Positions 40,901 through 54,000 of a stretch of 64,000 bases of DNA are shown here, piece after piece. Made by a program: the position numbers and the translations under genes. Position 1 is the stretch's first letter; each line of letters opens with the position of its first letter. Source of the DNA: Camelus ferus. Taxonomy: Eukaryota. The stretch covers positions 120,964,001 through 121,028,000 of the forward strand of contig NC_045697.1 of the NCBI RefSeq assembly GCF_009834535.1. Direction: 5' to 3'. The notes beneath the pieces were generated by a model. The model was not told the origin of the DNA. It made no database searches and worked only from the letters and a program-made list of their open reading frames with translations.

Positions 40901-43900
40901 GGTGTTACATGTGTTCTCTGGCAGGGGGAAGTCGGCTAATTACCTCCCCTGTCCAGGGGGAGGCGCTACATGCTACCTGCCTTTCCAGCCCAACACCAGC
41001 ATTTCCCCGGCACACTGCACTAGGATACACTCGGTGAAGACAGGCGGAGGGCTCCTAGGAGATCCCAGGTGCTGCAGAAAGAGGACGGAACCTCTCCACA
41101 CTCAAAATTCTGGAACAAGGCCGAGTGGTTAGGGGAGGTTTGGGGCGGCCCTCCACGCAGCTGCCTGGTGTCACAGGTGTTCCCTGGAAGGGGGAAGTCC
41201 GCTAATTACCTCCCCTGTTCAGGGGGAGGCACTACAGGCTACCTGCATTTCCAGCCCTACCCCCACCGTTCCCCGGCATCCAGCAAGAGGAGACACTCGG
41301 GGAAGACATGCGGAGTGCTCCTAGGAGATCCCAGGAGCTGAAGAGAGAGTACAGAACTTCCTCAACCTCAGAATAACGGAACACGGACGAGTGTTTTCGG
41401 GAGGTTTGGGTCCGACCTCCACGCAGCTGCCATGTGTCACAGGTGTTCCAAGCCAGGGGGAACTCCGCTTTTACCTCTCCTGTCCAGGGGGATTCCCTAG
41501 ATGCTACCTGCAATTCCAGCACAACACCAGGCTTTCCCTGCATCCCACACTAGGAGACACTCGGGGAATACACGTGGAGGGCTCCTAGGTGATCCCAGGT
41601 GCTGCAGAGAGAATACGGAACCTCCCCACACTCAGAATTCCGTAACGCGGCCGAGTGGGTGGGGGAGGTTTGGGGCAGCCCACCAGGCAGCTTCCTGGTG
41701 TCACAGGTGTTCCCTGGCAGGGGGAAGACCGCTAATTACCACCCCTGTCCAGGGGGAGAAACTACATGCTACCTGCATTTCCAGCCCAACCCCCGCATTT
41801 CCCTGTCTGCCCGCACTAGGAGACACTCGGGGAAGGCACGCGGAGGGCTCCTATGAGATCTCAGACGCTGCAGACAGAGGACGGAACCTCCCCACACTCA
41901 GAATTCCAGAACAAGTCCGAGTGGGTGTGGGAGGTTTGGGGCCGACCTCCACGCAGCTGCCTCTTGTCACAGGTGTTCCCTGGCAGGGTGAAGTATGCTA
42001 ATTACCTTCCCCGTCCAGGGGGAGGCACTACATGCTACCTGGATTTCCAGCCCAACCTCCGACTTTCCCCGGCTCCCCGCACTAGTATACACTCAGGGAA
42101 GGCACGCGGAGGGCTCCTAGGTGATCCCAGGCGCTGCAGACAGATTACGGACCTCCCTACACTCAGAATACCGGAACGCGGCAGAGTGGTTTTTTGAGGT
42201 TTGGGGCCGACCTCCACGCAGCTGCCTGGTGTCACAGGTGTTCCCTGGCAGGGGGAATTCCGCTAATTACCTCCCCTGTTCAGGGGGAGGCACTACATGC
42301 TACCTGCATTTCCAGACCTACCCCCACCGTTCCCCGGCATCCAACAAGAGGAGACACTCGGGGAAGACATGCGGAGGGCTCGTATGAGATCTCAGGCCCT
42401 GCAGACAGAGGACGGAACCTCCCCACACTCAGAATATTGGAAAGAGGCCGAGTGGTTGGTTGAGGTTTGGGGCCGACCTCCACGCAGCTGCCTGGTGTCA
42501 CAGGTGTTCCCTGGCAGGGGGAATTCCGCTAATTACCTCCCCTGTCCAGGGAGAGGCACTACATGCTACCTGCATTTCCAGCCCAACCCCGGCCATTCCC
42601 TGGCTCCCATCACTAGGATACACTCGGGGAAGACACGCGGAGGGCTCCTAGTGATCCCAGGCGCTGCAGACAGAGTACGGAACTTCCCCACACTCAGAAT
42701 TCCGGAACGCGGCCGAGTGGTTGGGTTAGGTTTGGCATAACCCCACACGCAGCAGCCTAGTGTCACAGGTGTTCCCTGGAAGGGGGAAATTCGCTAATTA
42801 CCTACCCTGTCCAGGGGGAGGCACTACAAGCTACCTGCATTTCCAGCCCAACCCCCGCCTTTCCCCAGCTTCCCACACTAGGGGACACTGGGGGAAGACA
42901 CGCGGAGGACTCCTGGGAGATCTCAGGTGCAGCAGACAGATTACGGAACCTCCCCACACTCAGAATTCCAGAACAAGGCCGAGTGGGTGTGGGATTTTTG
43001 GGGCCGCCCTCCACGCAGCTGCCTGTTGTCACAGGTGTTCCCTGGCAGGGTGAATTCCGCTATTTACCTTCCCTGTCCAGGGGGAGGCACTATATGCTAC
43101 CTGCTTTTCCAGAACAAAACCCGCTTTTCCCCGGCAGCCCATACTAGGTGACACTCTGGGAAGTCACGCGGAGGGCTCCTAAGAGATCCCACGCGCTGCA
43201 GAAAGAAGACCGAACCTCCCCACACTCAGAAGTCCGGAATGCGTCGGAGTTTGTGCGGGAGGTTTGAGTCTTCCATCTACGAAGCTACCTGGTGTCACAG
43301 GTGTTCCCTGGCAAGGGGAAGTCCGCTAATTACCTCCACTGTCCAGGGGGAGACACTAGATTCTACCTGATTTTCCAGCCCAACCCCCGCCTTTCCCCAG
43401 TATCCCGCAAAATGAGACACTCGGGATGACACGCGGAGCGCTCCTAGGTGATCCCAGGCGCTGCAGACAGAGTACGGAACCTCCTCACACTCAGAATTCC
43501 GGAACGCGGCCGAGTAGGTGGGGGAGGATTGGGGCCGACTTCCCCGCAGCTGCCTGGTGTCACAGGTGTTCCCTGGAAGGGGGATGTCCGCTAATTACCT
43601 CCGCTGACCACGGGGTGGAACTACATGCAACCTGTCTTTCCAGGCCAACCCCACTCTTTCCCTGGAATCCATCAATAAAATACACTCGGGGAAGACACGG
43701 CGAGGGCTGCTAAGAGATCCCAAGTGCTGCAGAGAAGACTGAAATTCCCCAAACTCAGAAGTCAGGAACGCGGCGGAGATTGTAGGGGAGGTTTGGGGCC
43801 TCCATCCACGAAGCTACCTGGGGTCACAGGTGTTCCCTGGCAGGGGGAAGTCCGCTAATTACCTCCACTGTCCATGGGGAGGCACTAGATTCTACCTGCG

Positions 43901-46370
43901 TTTCCAGCCCAAAGCCCGCCTTTCCCCGGTAGCCCGCACAAGGAGACACTCGGGGAAGACACGCGGAGTGTTCCCAGGACGTCCCAAGCGCTGCAGACAG
44001 AGGACGGAACCTCCCCAAACTCAGAATTCCGGAACGCGGCCGACAAGGTGGGAAAGGTTTGGGCCCGCACTCCACGCAGCTGCCTGGTGTCACAGGTGTT
44101 CCCTGGCAGGGGGAAGTCCACTAATTACCTCCCCTGTCCAGGGGGAGGCACTAGATGCTACCTGCATTTCCAGCCAAACCCCCGAATTTCCCCAGCACAC
44201 CGCACTAGGATACACTCGTGGAAGACACGCGGAGGGCTCCCAGGAGATCACAGGCGCTGCAGATAGAAGAAGGATCCTCCCCACACTCAGAATTCCAAAA
44301 CGCGGCCGAGTTATTGGGGGAGGTTTGGGGCCGCCCTTCACGCATCTGCCTCGTGTCACAGGTGTTCCCTGCAAGGGGGAAATCCGCTAATTAACTTCCC
44401 TGTCCAGGGGGAGGCACTAAATGATACCTGCTTTTCCAGCACAACCCCCGCATTTCCCCGGCACCCCGTACTAGGATACACACGGGGAAGACACGCGGAG
44501 TTCTACTACGAGATCCCAGGCGCTGCAGACCGAGGACGGAACCTCCCAACACTCAGGAATGCGGAATAAGGCCGAGTGTGTGGGGGAGATTTGTGGCCGC
44601 ACTCCACGCAGCTGCTTGGTGTCACAGGTGTTCCCTGGCAGGGGGAAGTTCACTAATTACCTCCCCTGCCCAGGGGGAGGCACTAGATGCTACCTACTTT
44701 TCCAGCAGAAAACCTGCCTTTCACCTGCTGCGCGCACTAGGAGACACTCGAGGAAGACACGCGGAGGGCTCCTAGGAGATCCCAGGCACTGCAGACGGTG
44801 GACGGAATCTCCCCACACTCAGAATTCCAGAACAATGCCGAGTGGGTGTGGGAGGTAAGGGGCCGCTCTCCACGAACCTGCCTCTTGTCACAGGTGCTCC
44901 CCGGCAGGGGGAAGTCCGCTAATTACCTCCCCTGTCCAGGGAGAGGCACTACATGCTACGTGCATTTCCAGCCCAACCCCCGCCATTCCCTGGCTCCCAG
45001 CACTAGGATACACTCGGGGAAGACACGCGGAGGGCTCCTAGTGATCCCAGGCACTGCAGACAGAGTACGGAACTTCCCCACACTCAGAATTCCGGAACGC
45101 GGCCGAGTGGGTGTGGGCGGTTTGGGACCACCCTCCACGCAGCTGCCTGGTGTCACAAGGGTTCCCTGGAAGGGGTAATTCCGCTAAATACCTCCCCTGT
45201 CCAGGGTGAGGCACTATAAGCTACCTGCATTTCCAGCCCAACCCCCACCTTTCCCCGGCTCCCCGCACTAGGATACACTCGGGGAAGGCACGCGGAGGGC
45301 TCCTAGGAGATCCCAGGTGCTGCAGACAGAGGATGGAACCTCTCCACACTCAAAATCCCGAAACAAGGCCGAGTGGTTGGGGGAGGTTTGGAGCGGCCCT
45401 CCACGCAGCTGCCTGGTGTCACAGGTGTTCCCTGGAAGGGGGAAGTCCGCTAATTACCTCCCCTGTTCAGGGGGAGGCACTACATGCTACCTGCATTTCC
45501 AGCCCTACCCACGCCGTTCCGCGGCATCCAGCAAGACGAGACACTCGGGGAAGACATGCGGAGTGCTCCTAGGAAATCCCAGGAGCTGCAGAGAGAGTAC
45601 GGAACTTCCCCACCGTCAGAAAAACGGAACGCGGCCGAGTGTTTTGGGGAGGTTTGGGGCCGACATCCACGCAGCTGCCTTCTGTCACAGGTGTTCCATG
45701 GCAGGGGGAATTCCGCTTTTATCTCTCCTGTCCAGGGGGATTCGCTAGATGCTACCTGCATTTCCAGCACAACACCAGGCTTTCCCTGCAGCCCGCACTA
45801 GGAAATACTAGGGGAATACACGTGGAGGGCTCCTAGGTGATCCCAGGCGCTGCAGACAGAATACGGTACCTCCCCACACTCAGAATTCCGTAACGCGGCC
45901 GAGTGGGTGGGGGAGGTTTGGGGCCGCCCTCCACGCAGCTGCTTGTTGTCACAGGTGTTCCCTGGCAGACGGAAATCCGCTAATTACCTCAACTGTCCTG
46001 GATGAGGCACTACATGCTACCTGTATTTCCAGGACAATCCCCGAATTTCCCCGGCACCCCGCACTAGGAGACACTAGGGGAAGATATGCGGATGGCCCCT
46101 AGAGATACCAGGAGCTGCAGACAGAGGACGGAAACTCCCCACACTCAGAATTCTGGAACACGGCAGAGTGGGTGGGGGAGATATGGGGCCGACCTCCACG
46201 CAGCTGCCTGGAGTCACAGGTGATCCCTGGCAGGGGTAAGTCCGCTAATTACCTCCCCTGCCCAGGTTGAGGCACTACATGCTACCTACTTTTCCAGCCC
46301 AACGCCCGCCTTTCCCCGGAAGCCCACACAAGGAGACACTCGGGGAAGACACGCGGAGGGTTCCTAGGAG
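34945..46370 (+). repeat. Older, more diverged 21/22-mer duplication (two copies, ~5.6-5.8 kb each)
   Basis: ORF pairs at offset 5576 (35206/40782, 35493/41069) and then 5840-5841 (36919/42760, 37989/43830, 38957/44798, 39644/45484, 40427/46267). Visibly more substitutions between copies than within HOR A. Confidence 0.88.
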
Positions 46371-49300
46371 ATCCCAGGTGCTGCAGACAGAGTACGGACC
46401 TCCCCACACTCAGAAATCCGGAACGAGGCCGGGCGGTGGGGGAGGTTTGGGGCCGCCCTCCACGCAGCTCCGTGGTGTCACAGGTGTTCCCTGGAAGGGG
46501 GAAGTCCGCTAATTACCTCCCCTGTTCAGGGGTAGGCACTACATGCTACCTGCATTTGCAGCCCTACCCCCACCGTTCCCCGGCATCCAGCAAGAGGAGA
46601 CACTCGGGGAAGACATGCGGAGTGCTCCTAGGAGATCCCAGGAGCTGAAGAGAGAGTACAGAACTTCCTCACCCTCAGAATAACGGAACACGGACGAGTG
46701 TTTTCGGGAGGTTTGGGTCCGACCTCCACGCAGCTGCCATGTGTCACAGGTGTTCCAAGCCAGGGGGAACTCCGCTTTTACCTCTCCTGTCCAGGGGGAT
46801 TCCCTAGATGCTACCTGCAATTCCAGCACAACACCAGGCTTTCCCTGCATCCCACACTAGGAGACACTCGGGGAATACACGTGGAGGGCTCCTAGGTGAT
46901 CCCAGGTGCTGCAGAGAGAATACGGAACCTCCCCGCACTCAGAATTCCGTAACGCGGCCGAGTGGGTGGGGGAGGTTTGGGGCAGCCCTCCACGCAGCTG
47001 CCTGGTGTCACAGGTGTTTCCTGGCAGGGTGAAGTACGCTAATTACCTTCCCCGTCCAGGGGGAGGCACTACATGCTACCTGGATTTCCAGCCCAACCTC
47101 CGACTTTCCCCGGCTCCCCGCACTAGGATACACTAAGGGAAGGCACGCGGAGGGCTCCTAGGTGATCCCAGGCGCTGCAGACAGATTACGGACCTCCCTA
47201 CACTCAGAATTCCGGAACGCGGCCGAGTGGGTGGGGTAGGTTTGGCATAACCCCACACGCAGCAGCCTAGTGTCACAGGTGTTCCCTGGAAGGGGGAAAT
47301 TCGCTAATTACCTACCCTGTCCAGGGGGAGGCACTACAAGCTACCTGCATTTCCAGCCCAATCCAAGCCTTTCCCCGGCTTCCCGAACTTGGGGACACTC
47401 GGGGAACACACGCGGAGGGCTCCTAGGTGATACCAGGCGCTGCAGACAGAGTACGGACCTCCCCACACTCAGAAATCCGGAACGCGGCCGAGTAGGTGGG
47501 AGAGGTTTGGTTCCTCACTCCACGCAGATGCCTGGTGTCAAATGTGTTCCCTTGCAGGGGAAATCTGCTAATTACCTCCACTATCCAAGGGGAGGCACTA
47601 CATGCTACCTGCTTTTCCAGTCCAACGCCCGTTTTCCCCGGCATCCCGCACTAGGAGACACTCTGGAAGACACGTGGAGGGCTCCTAGGTGATACCAGGC
47701 GCTTCAGACCGAAGACGGGACCTCCCCACACTGAGAATTTCGGAACGAGTCCGAATGTGTGTGGGAGGTTTGGGGCCGCCCTTCAGGCAGCTGCGTGGTG
47801 TCACATGTGTTCCTTGATGGGAAATCCGCTAATTACCTCCCCTGTCCTGGGGGAGGCACTAGATGCTACCTGCGATTCCAGCCCAACCCGCGACTTTACC
47901 CGGAAGCCCGCACAAGGAGACAATCGGGGAAGACACGTAAATGGTTCCAAGGACGTCCCAGGCTCTGCAGACAGAGGACGGAACTTCCCCACACTCAGAA
48001 TTCCGGAACGCGACCTAGTGGGTGGGAAAAGTTTGGGCAGGCCATCCTCCCAGCTGCCTGGTGCCACAGGTGTTCCCTGGCAGGGGGATTACCGCTAATT
48101 ACCTCCACAGTCCAGGGGGAGGCACTACATGTTACCTGCTTTTCCATTACAACCCCCAACTTTCCCGGGAAGCCCGCACTAGGAGACACTCGGGGAAGAC
48201 ACGCGGAGGGCTCCTAGGAGATCTCAGGCGCTGCAGACAGAAGAAGGAACCCCCCCACACTCAGAAATCCGGAACGCGGCCGAGTTGGTTGGGTAAGTTG
48301 GGTGCCGCACTCCGCGCATCTGCCTGGTGTCACATTTGTTCCCTTTCAGGGGGAATTCCGCTAATTACCTCCCCTGTCCAGGGAGAGGCACTAGATGCTA
48401 TCTGCATTTCCAGCCCGACCCCCGCCTTTCCCCGGCATCCCGCATTAGGAGACAATCGGGGAAGACACGTGGAGTGCTCCTAGGTGATCCCAGGCGCTGC
48501 AGAGAGAGTACGGCACCTCCCCACACTCAGAATACCGGAACGCGGCCGAGTGGTTGGGGGAGGTTTGGGGCCGAACTCCACGCAGCTGCCTGGTGTCACA
48601 GGTGTTCCCTGGCAGGGGGAATTCCGCTAATTTCCTCCACTGTCCAGGGAGAGGCACTACATGCTACCTGCATTTCCAGCCCAACACCCACCATTCCCCT
48701 GCTTCCAGCACTAGGATACACTCGGGGAAGACACGCGGAGGGCTCCTAGAGATGCCAGTTGCTGCAGACAGAGTACGGAACTTCCCCACACTCAGAATTC
48801 CGGAACGCGGCCGAGTGGGTGGGGTAGGTTTGCCATAACCCCACACGCAGCAGCCTGGTGTCACAGGTGTTCCCTGGAAGGGGGAAATTCGCTAATTACC
48901 TACCCTGTCCAGGGGGAGGCACTACAATCTACCTGCATTTCCAGCCCTACCCCCGCCTTTCCCCAGCTTCCCGCACTACGGGACACTCGGGGAAGACACG
49001 CGGAGGGCTCCTGGGAGATCCCAGGCGCAGCAGACAGATTACGGAACCTCCCCACACTCAGAATTCCAGAACAAGGCCGAGTGGGTGTGGGATTTTTGGG
49101 GCCGCCCTCCATGCAGCTGCCTCTAGTCACAGGTGTTCCCTGGCAGGGTGAAATCCGCTAATTACCTTCCCTGTCCAGGGGGAGGCACTACATGCTACCT
49201 GCTATTCCAGCCCAACTCCCGCATTTCCCCGGCTCCCCTCACAAGGAGACACTCTGGGAAGACACGCGGAGGGCTCCTAGGTGATCCCAGGCACTGCAGA

Positions 49301-51010
49301 CAGAGTACGGAACCTCCAAAATTCAGAATTCAGGAACGCGGCCGAGTGGGCGGGGGAGATATGGGGCCGCACTTCACGCAGTTGCCTGGTGTCTCAGGTG
49401 TTCCCTGGCAGGGGGAATTCCGCTAATTACCTCTCCTGTCCAGGGGAGTCACTAGATGCTACCTGCATTTGCAGCCCAACCCCCGCCTTTCCGCGGCTCA
49501 CTGCAATAGGATACACTCCGGGAAGACACGCGGAGGGCTCCTAGGAGATCCCAGGCGCTACAGACAGAGTACGGAACCTCCACACAATCAGAATTCCGGA
49601 ACGAGGCCGAGTGGGTGGGGGACGTTTATTGCCTCCCACCACGCAGCTGCCTGGTGTCACAGTTTTTCCCTGGCAGGGGGAATTCCGCTAATTACCACCC
49701 CTGTCCAGGGGGAGTCACTAGATGCTACCTGCATTTCCAGAACAACCCCCACATTTCCCCGGCTCCCCGAACTAGGATACACTCGGGGAAGACACGCGGA
49801 GGGCTCCTAGGAGACCCCAGGCGCTGCAGAAAGAAGACCGAACCTCCCCACACTCAGAATTCCGGAACAAGGCCGAGTGGGTGTGGGAGGTTTGGGGACG
49901 CCCTCCACGCAGCTGCTTGTTGTCACAGGTGTTCCCTGGCAGGGGGAATTCCGCTAATTACCTCCCCTGTCCAGGAGGAGTCACTAGATGCTACCTGCAT
50001 ATCCAGCAAAACCCCCGCCTTTCAACGGCTCCCCGTAATAAGAGACACTATGGGAAGGCACGTGGATGGCTCCTAGGAGATCCCAGGGGCTGGAGATCGA
50101 AGACAAAAACCTCCCCAAACTCAGAATACCGGAATGCGGCCGAGTTAGGTTTGGGACCGAACCCCACGAAGCTGCCGGGTGTTACATGTGTTCTCTGGCA
50201 GGGTGAAGTCCGCTAATTACCTCCCCTGTCCAGGGGGAGGCGCTACATGCTACCTGCCTTTCCAGCCCAACACCAGCATTTCCCCGGCACACTGCACTAG
50301 GATTCACTCGGTGAAGACATGCGGAGGGCTCCTAGGAGATCCCAGGTGCTGCAGACAGAGGACGGAACCTCTCCACACTCAAAATTCCGGAACAAGGCCG
50401 AGTGGTTAGGGGAGGTTTGGGGCGGCCCTCCACGAAACTGCCTGGTGTCACAGGTGTTACCTTGAAGGGGGAAGTCCGCTAATTACCTCCCCTGTTCAGG
50501 TGGAGGCACTACATGCTACCTGCTTTTTCATTACAACCCCCGACTTTCCCGGGCAGCCCGCACTAGGAGACACTCGGGGAAGACACGCGGAGTGCTCCTA
50601 GGAGATCTCAGGCGCTGCAGACAGAAGAAGGAACCCCCCCACACTCAGAAATCCGGAACGCGGCCGAGTTGTTTGGGTAAGTTTGGTGCCGCACTCCGCG
50701 CATCTGCCTGGTGTCACATTTGTTCCTTTCAGGGGGAATTCCGCTAATTATCTCCCCTGTCCAGGGAGAGGCACTACATGCTACCTGCATTTCCAGCCCA
50801 ACACCCGCCATTCCCCTGCTTCCAGCACTAGGATACACTCGGGGAAGACACGCGGAGGGCTCCTAGAGATCCCAGGCGCTGCAGACAGAGTACGGAACTT
50901 CCCCGCACTCTGAATCCCGGAACGAGGCCGAGTGGGTGGTGTAGGTTTGCCATAACCCCACACGCAGCAGCCTGGTGTCACAGGTGTTCCCTGGAAGGGG
51001 GAAATTCGCT
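46370..51010 (+). repeat. Mosaic satellite zone built from short runs of the same monomer types, with no tandem HOR period
   Basis: Contains k/l-like (46.6-47.0 kb), c/d-like (47.4-47.8 kb), f/g/h-like (48.5-49.2 kb) and t/n/o/v-like (49.5-50.5 kb) runs that are not tandemly repeated. Confidence 0.75.
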
Positions 51011-54000
51011 AATTACCTCCCCTGTCCAGGGGGAGGCGCTACATGCTACCTGCCTTTCCATCCCAACACCAGCATTTCCCCGGCACACTGCACTAGGATT
51101 TACTCGGTGAAGACAGGCGGAGGCCTCCTAGGAGATCCCAGGTGCTGCAGAAAGAGGACGGAACCTCTCCACACTCAAAATTCCGGAACAAGGCCGAGTG
51201 GTTAGGGGAGGTTTGGGGCGGCCCCCCACGCAGCTGCCTGGTGTCACAGGTGTTCCCTGGAAGGGGGAAGTCCGCTAATTACCTCCCCTGTTCAGGGGGA
51301 GGCACTACATGCTACCTGCATTTCCAGCCCTACCCCCACCCTTCCCCGGCATCCAGCAAGAGGAGACACTCGGGGAAGACATGCGGAGTGCTCCTAGGAG
51401 ATCCCAGGAGCTGAAGAGAGAGTACAGAACTCCCCACCCTCAGAATAACGGAACAAGGACGAGTGTTTTCGGGAGGTTTGGGTCCGACTTCCACGCAGCT
51501 GCCTTGTGTCACAGGTGTTCCAAGCCAGGGGGAACTCCGCTTTTACCTCTCCTGTCCAGGGGGATTCCCTAGATGCTACCTGCAATTCCAGCACAACACC
51601 AGGCTTTCCCTGCATCCCACACTAGGAGACACTCGGGGAATACACGTGGAGGGCTCCTAGGTGATCCCAGGTGCTGCAGAGAGAATACGGAACCTCCCCA
51701 CACTCAGAATTCCGTAACGCGGCCGAGTGGGTGGGGGAGGTTTGGGGCAGCCCTCCAGGCAGTTTCCTGGTGTCACAGGTGTTCCCTGGCAGGGGGAAGA
51801 CCGCTAATTACCACCCCTGTCCAGGGGGAGAAACTACATGCTACCTGATTTTCCAGCCCAACCCCCGCATTTCCCTGTCTGCCCGCACTAGGAGACACTC
51901 GGGGAAGGCACGCGGAGGGCTCCTATGAGATCTCAGGCGCTGCAGACATAGGACGGAACCTCCCCACACTCAGAATTCCGGAATGCGCCCGAGTGGGTGG
52001 GGGAGGTTTTGGTCCGCCCTCCACGCAGCTGCCTCTTGTCACAGGTGTTCCCTGGCAGGTTGAAGTACGCTAAATACCTTCCCCGTCCAGGGGGAGGCAC
52101 TACATGCTACCTGGATTTCCAGCCCAACCCCCGCCTTTCCCCGGCTCCCCGCACTAGGATACACTCGGGGAAGGCACGCGGAGGGCTCCTAGGTGATCCC
52201 AGGCGCTGCAGACAGAGTACGGACCTCCCCACACTCAGAAATCCGGAACGCGGCCGAGTAGGTGGGAGAGGTTTGGTTCCGCACTCCACGCAGCTGCCTG
52301 GTGTCAAATGTGTTCCCTTGCAGGGGAAATCTGCTAATTACCTCCACTATCCAGGGGGAGGCACTACCTGCTACCTGCTTTTCCAGCCCAACGCCCGTTT
52401 TCCCGGCATTCCGCACTAGGAGACACTCTGGAAGACACGTGGATGGCTCCTAGGTGATACCAGGCGCTTCAGACCGAAGACGGGACCTCCCCACACTCAG
52501 AATTCCGGAACGAGTCCGAATGTCTGTGGGAGATTTGGGGCCGCCCTTCACGCAGCTGCGTGGTGTCACATGTGTTCCTTGATGGGAAATTCGCTAATTA
52601 CCTCCCCTGTCCAGAGGGAGGCACTACATGCTACCTGCATTTCCAGCCCAACCCACAATTTTCCCCGGCAGCCCGCACTAGGAGACACTCTGGGAAGACA
52701 TGCGGAGGGCGCCTAAGTGATCCCAGTCGGTGCAGACAGAGGACGGACCTCACGACACTCAGAAATCCGGAACGCGGCCGAATGGGTCAGGGAGGTTTGG
52801 GGCCGCCCTCCACGAACCTGCCTAGTGTCACAGGTGTTCCCTGGCGGGGGAAAGTCCGCTAATTACCTCCCCTGTCCAGGGGGAGGCACTAGATGCTATC
52901 TGCATTTCCAGCCCGACCCCCACATTTCCCCAGCATCCCGCATTAGGAGACACTCCGGGAAGACACGCGGAGGGCTCCTAGGTGATCCCAGGTGCTGCAG
53001 AGAGAGTACGGCACCTCCCCACACTCAGAATACCGGAACGCGGCCGAGTGGTTGGTTGAGGTTTGGGGCCGACCTCCACGCAGCTGCCTGGTGTCACAGG
53101 TGTTCCCTGGCAGGGGGAATTCCGCTAATTACCTCCCCTGTCCAGGGAGAGGCACTACATGCTACCTGCATTTCCAGCACAAGCCCCGCCATTCCCCGGC
53201 TCCCAGCACTAGGATACACTAGGGGAAGACACGCGGAGGGCTCCTAGAGATCCCAGTCGCTGCAGACAGAGTACGGAACTTCCCCACACTCAGAATCCCG
53301 GAACGCGGCCCGAGTGGGTGGTGTAGGTTTGCCATAACCCCACACGCAGCAGCCTGGTGTCACAGGTGTTCCCTGGAGGGGGGAAATTCGCTAATTACCT
53401 ACCCTGTCCAGGGGGAGGCACTACAAGCTACCTGCATTTCCAGCCCAACCCCCGCCTTTCCCCGGGTTCCCGCACTAGGGGACACTCGGTGAAGACACGC
53501 GGAGGGCACCTGGGAGATCCCAGGCGCAGCAGACTGAGTACGGAACCTCCCAACACTCAGAATTCCAGAACAAGGCCGAGTGGGTGTGGGATTTTTGGGG
53601 CCGCCCTCCACGCAGCTGACTCTTGTCATAGGTGTTCCCTGGCAGGGGGAATTCCGCTAATTACCTTCCCTGTCCAGGGTGAGGCACTATATGCTACCTG
53701 ATTTTCCAGGACAAAAACCGCATTTCCCCGGCAGTCCATACTAGGTGACACTCTGGGAAGTCACGAGGAGGGCTCCTAGGAGATCCCACATGCTGCAGAA
53801 AGAAGACCGAACCTCCCCACACTCAGATGACCGGAACGCGGCGGAGTTTGTGCGGGAGGTTTGGGTCTTCCATCCACGAAGCTAAATGGTGTCACAGGTG
53901 TTCCCTGGCATTGGGAAGTCCGCTAATTACCTCCAATGACCAGGGGGAGACACTAGATTCTACCTGCTTTTCCAGCCCAACCCCCGCCTTTCACCAGTAG

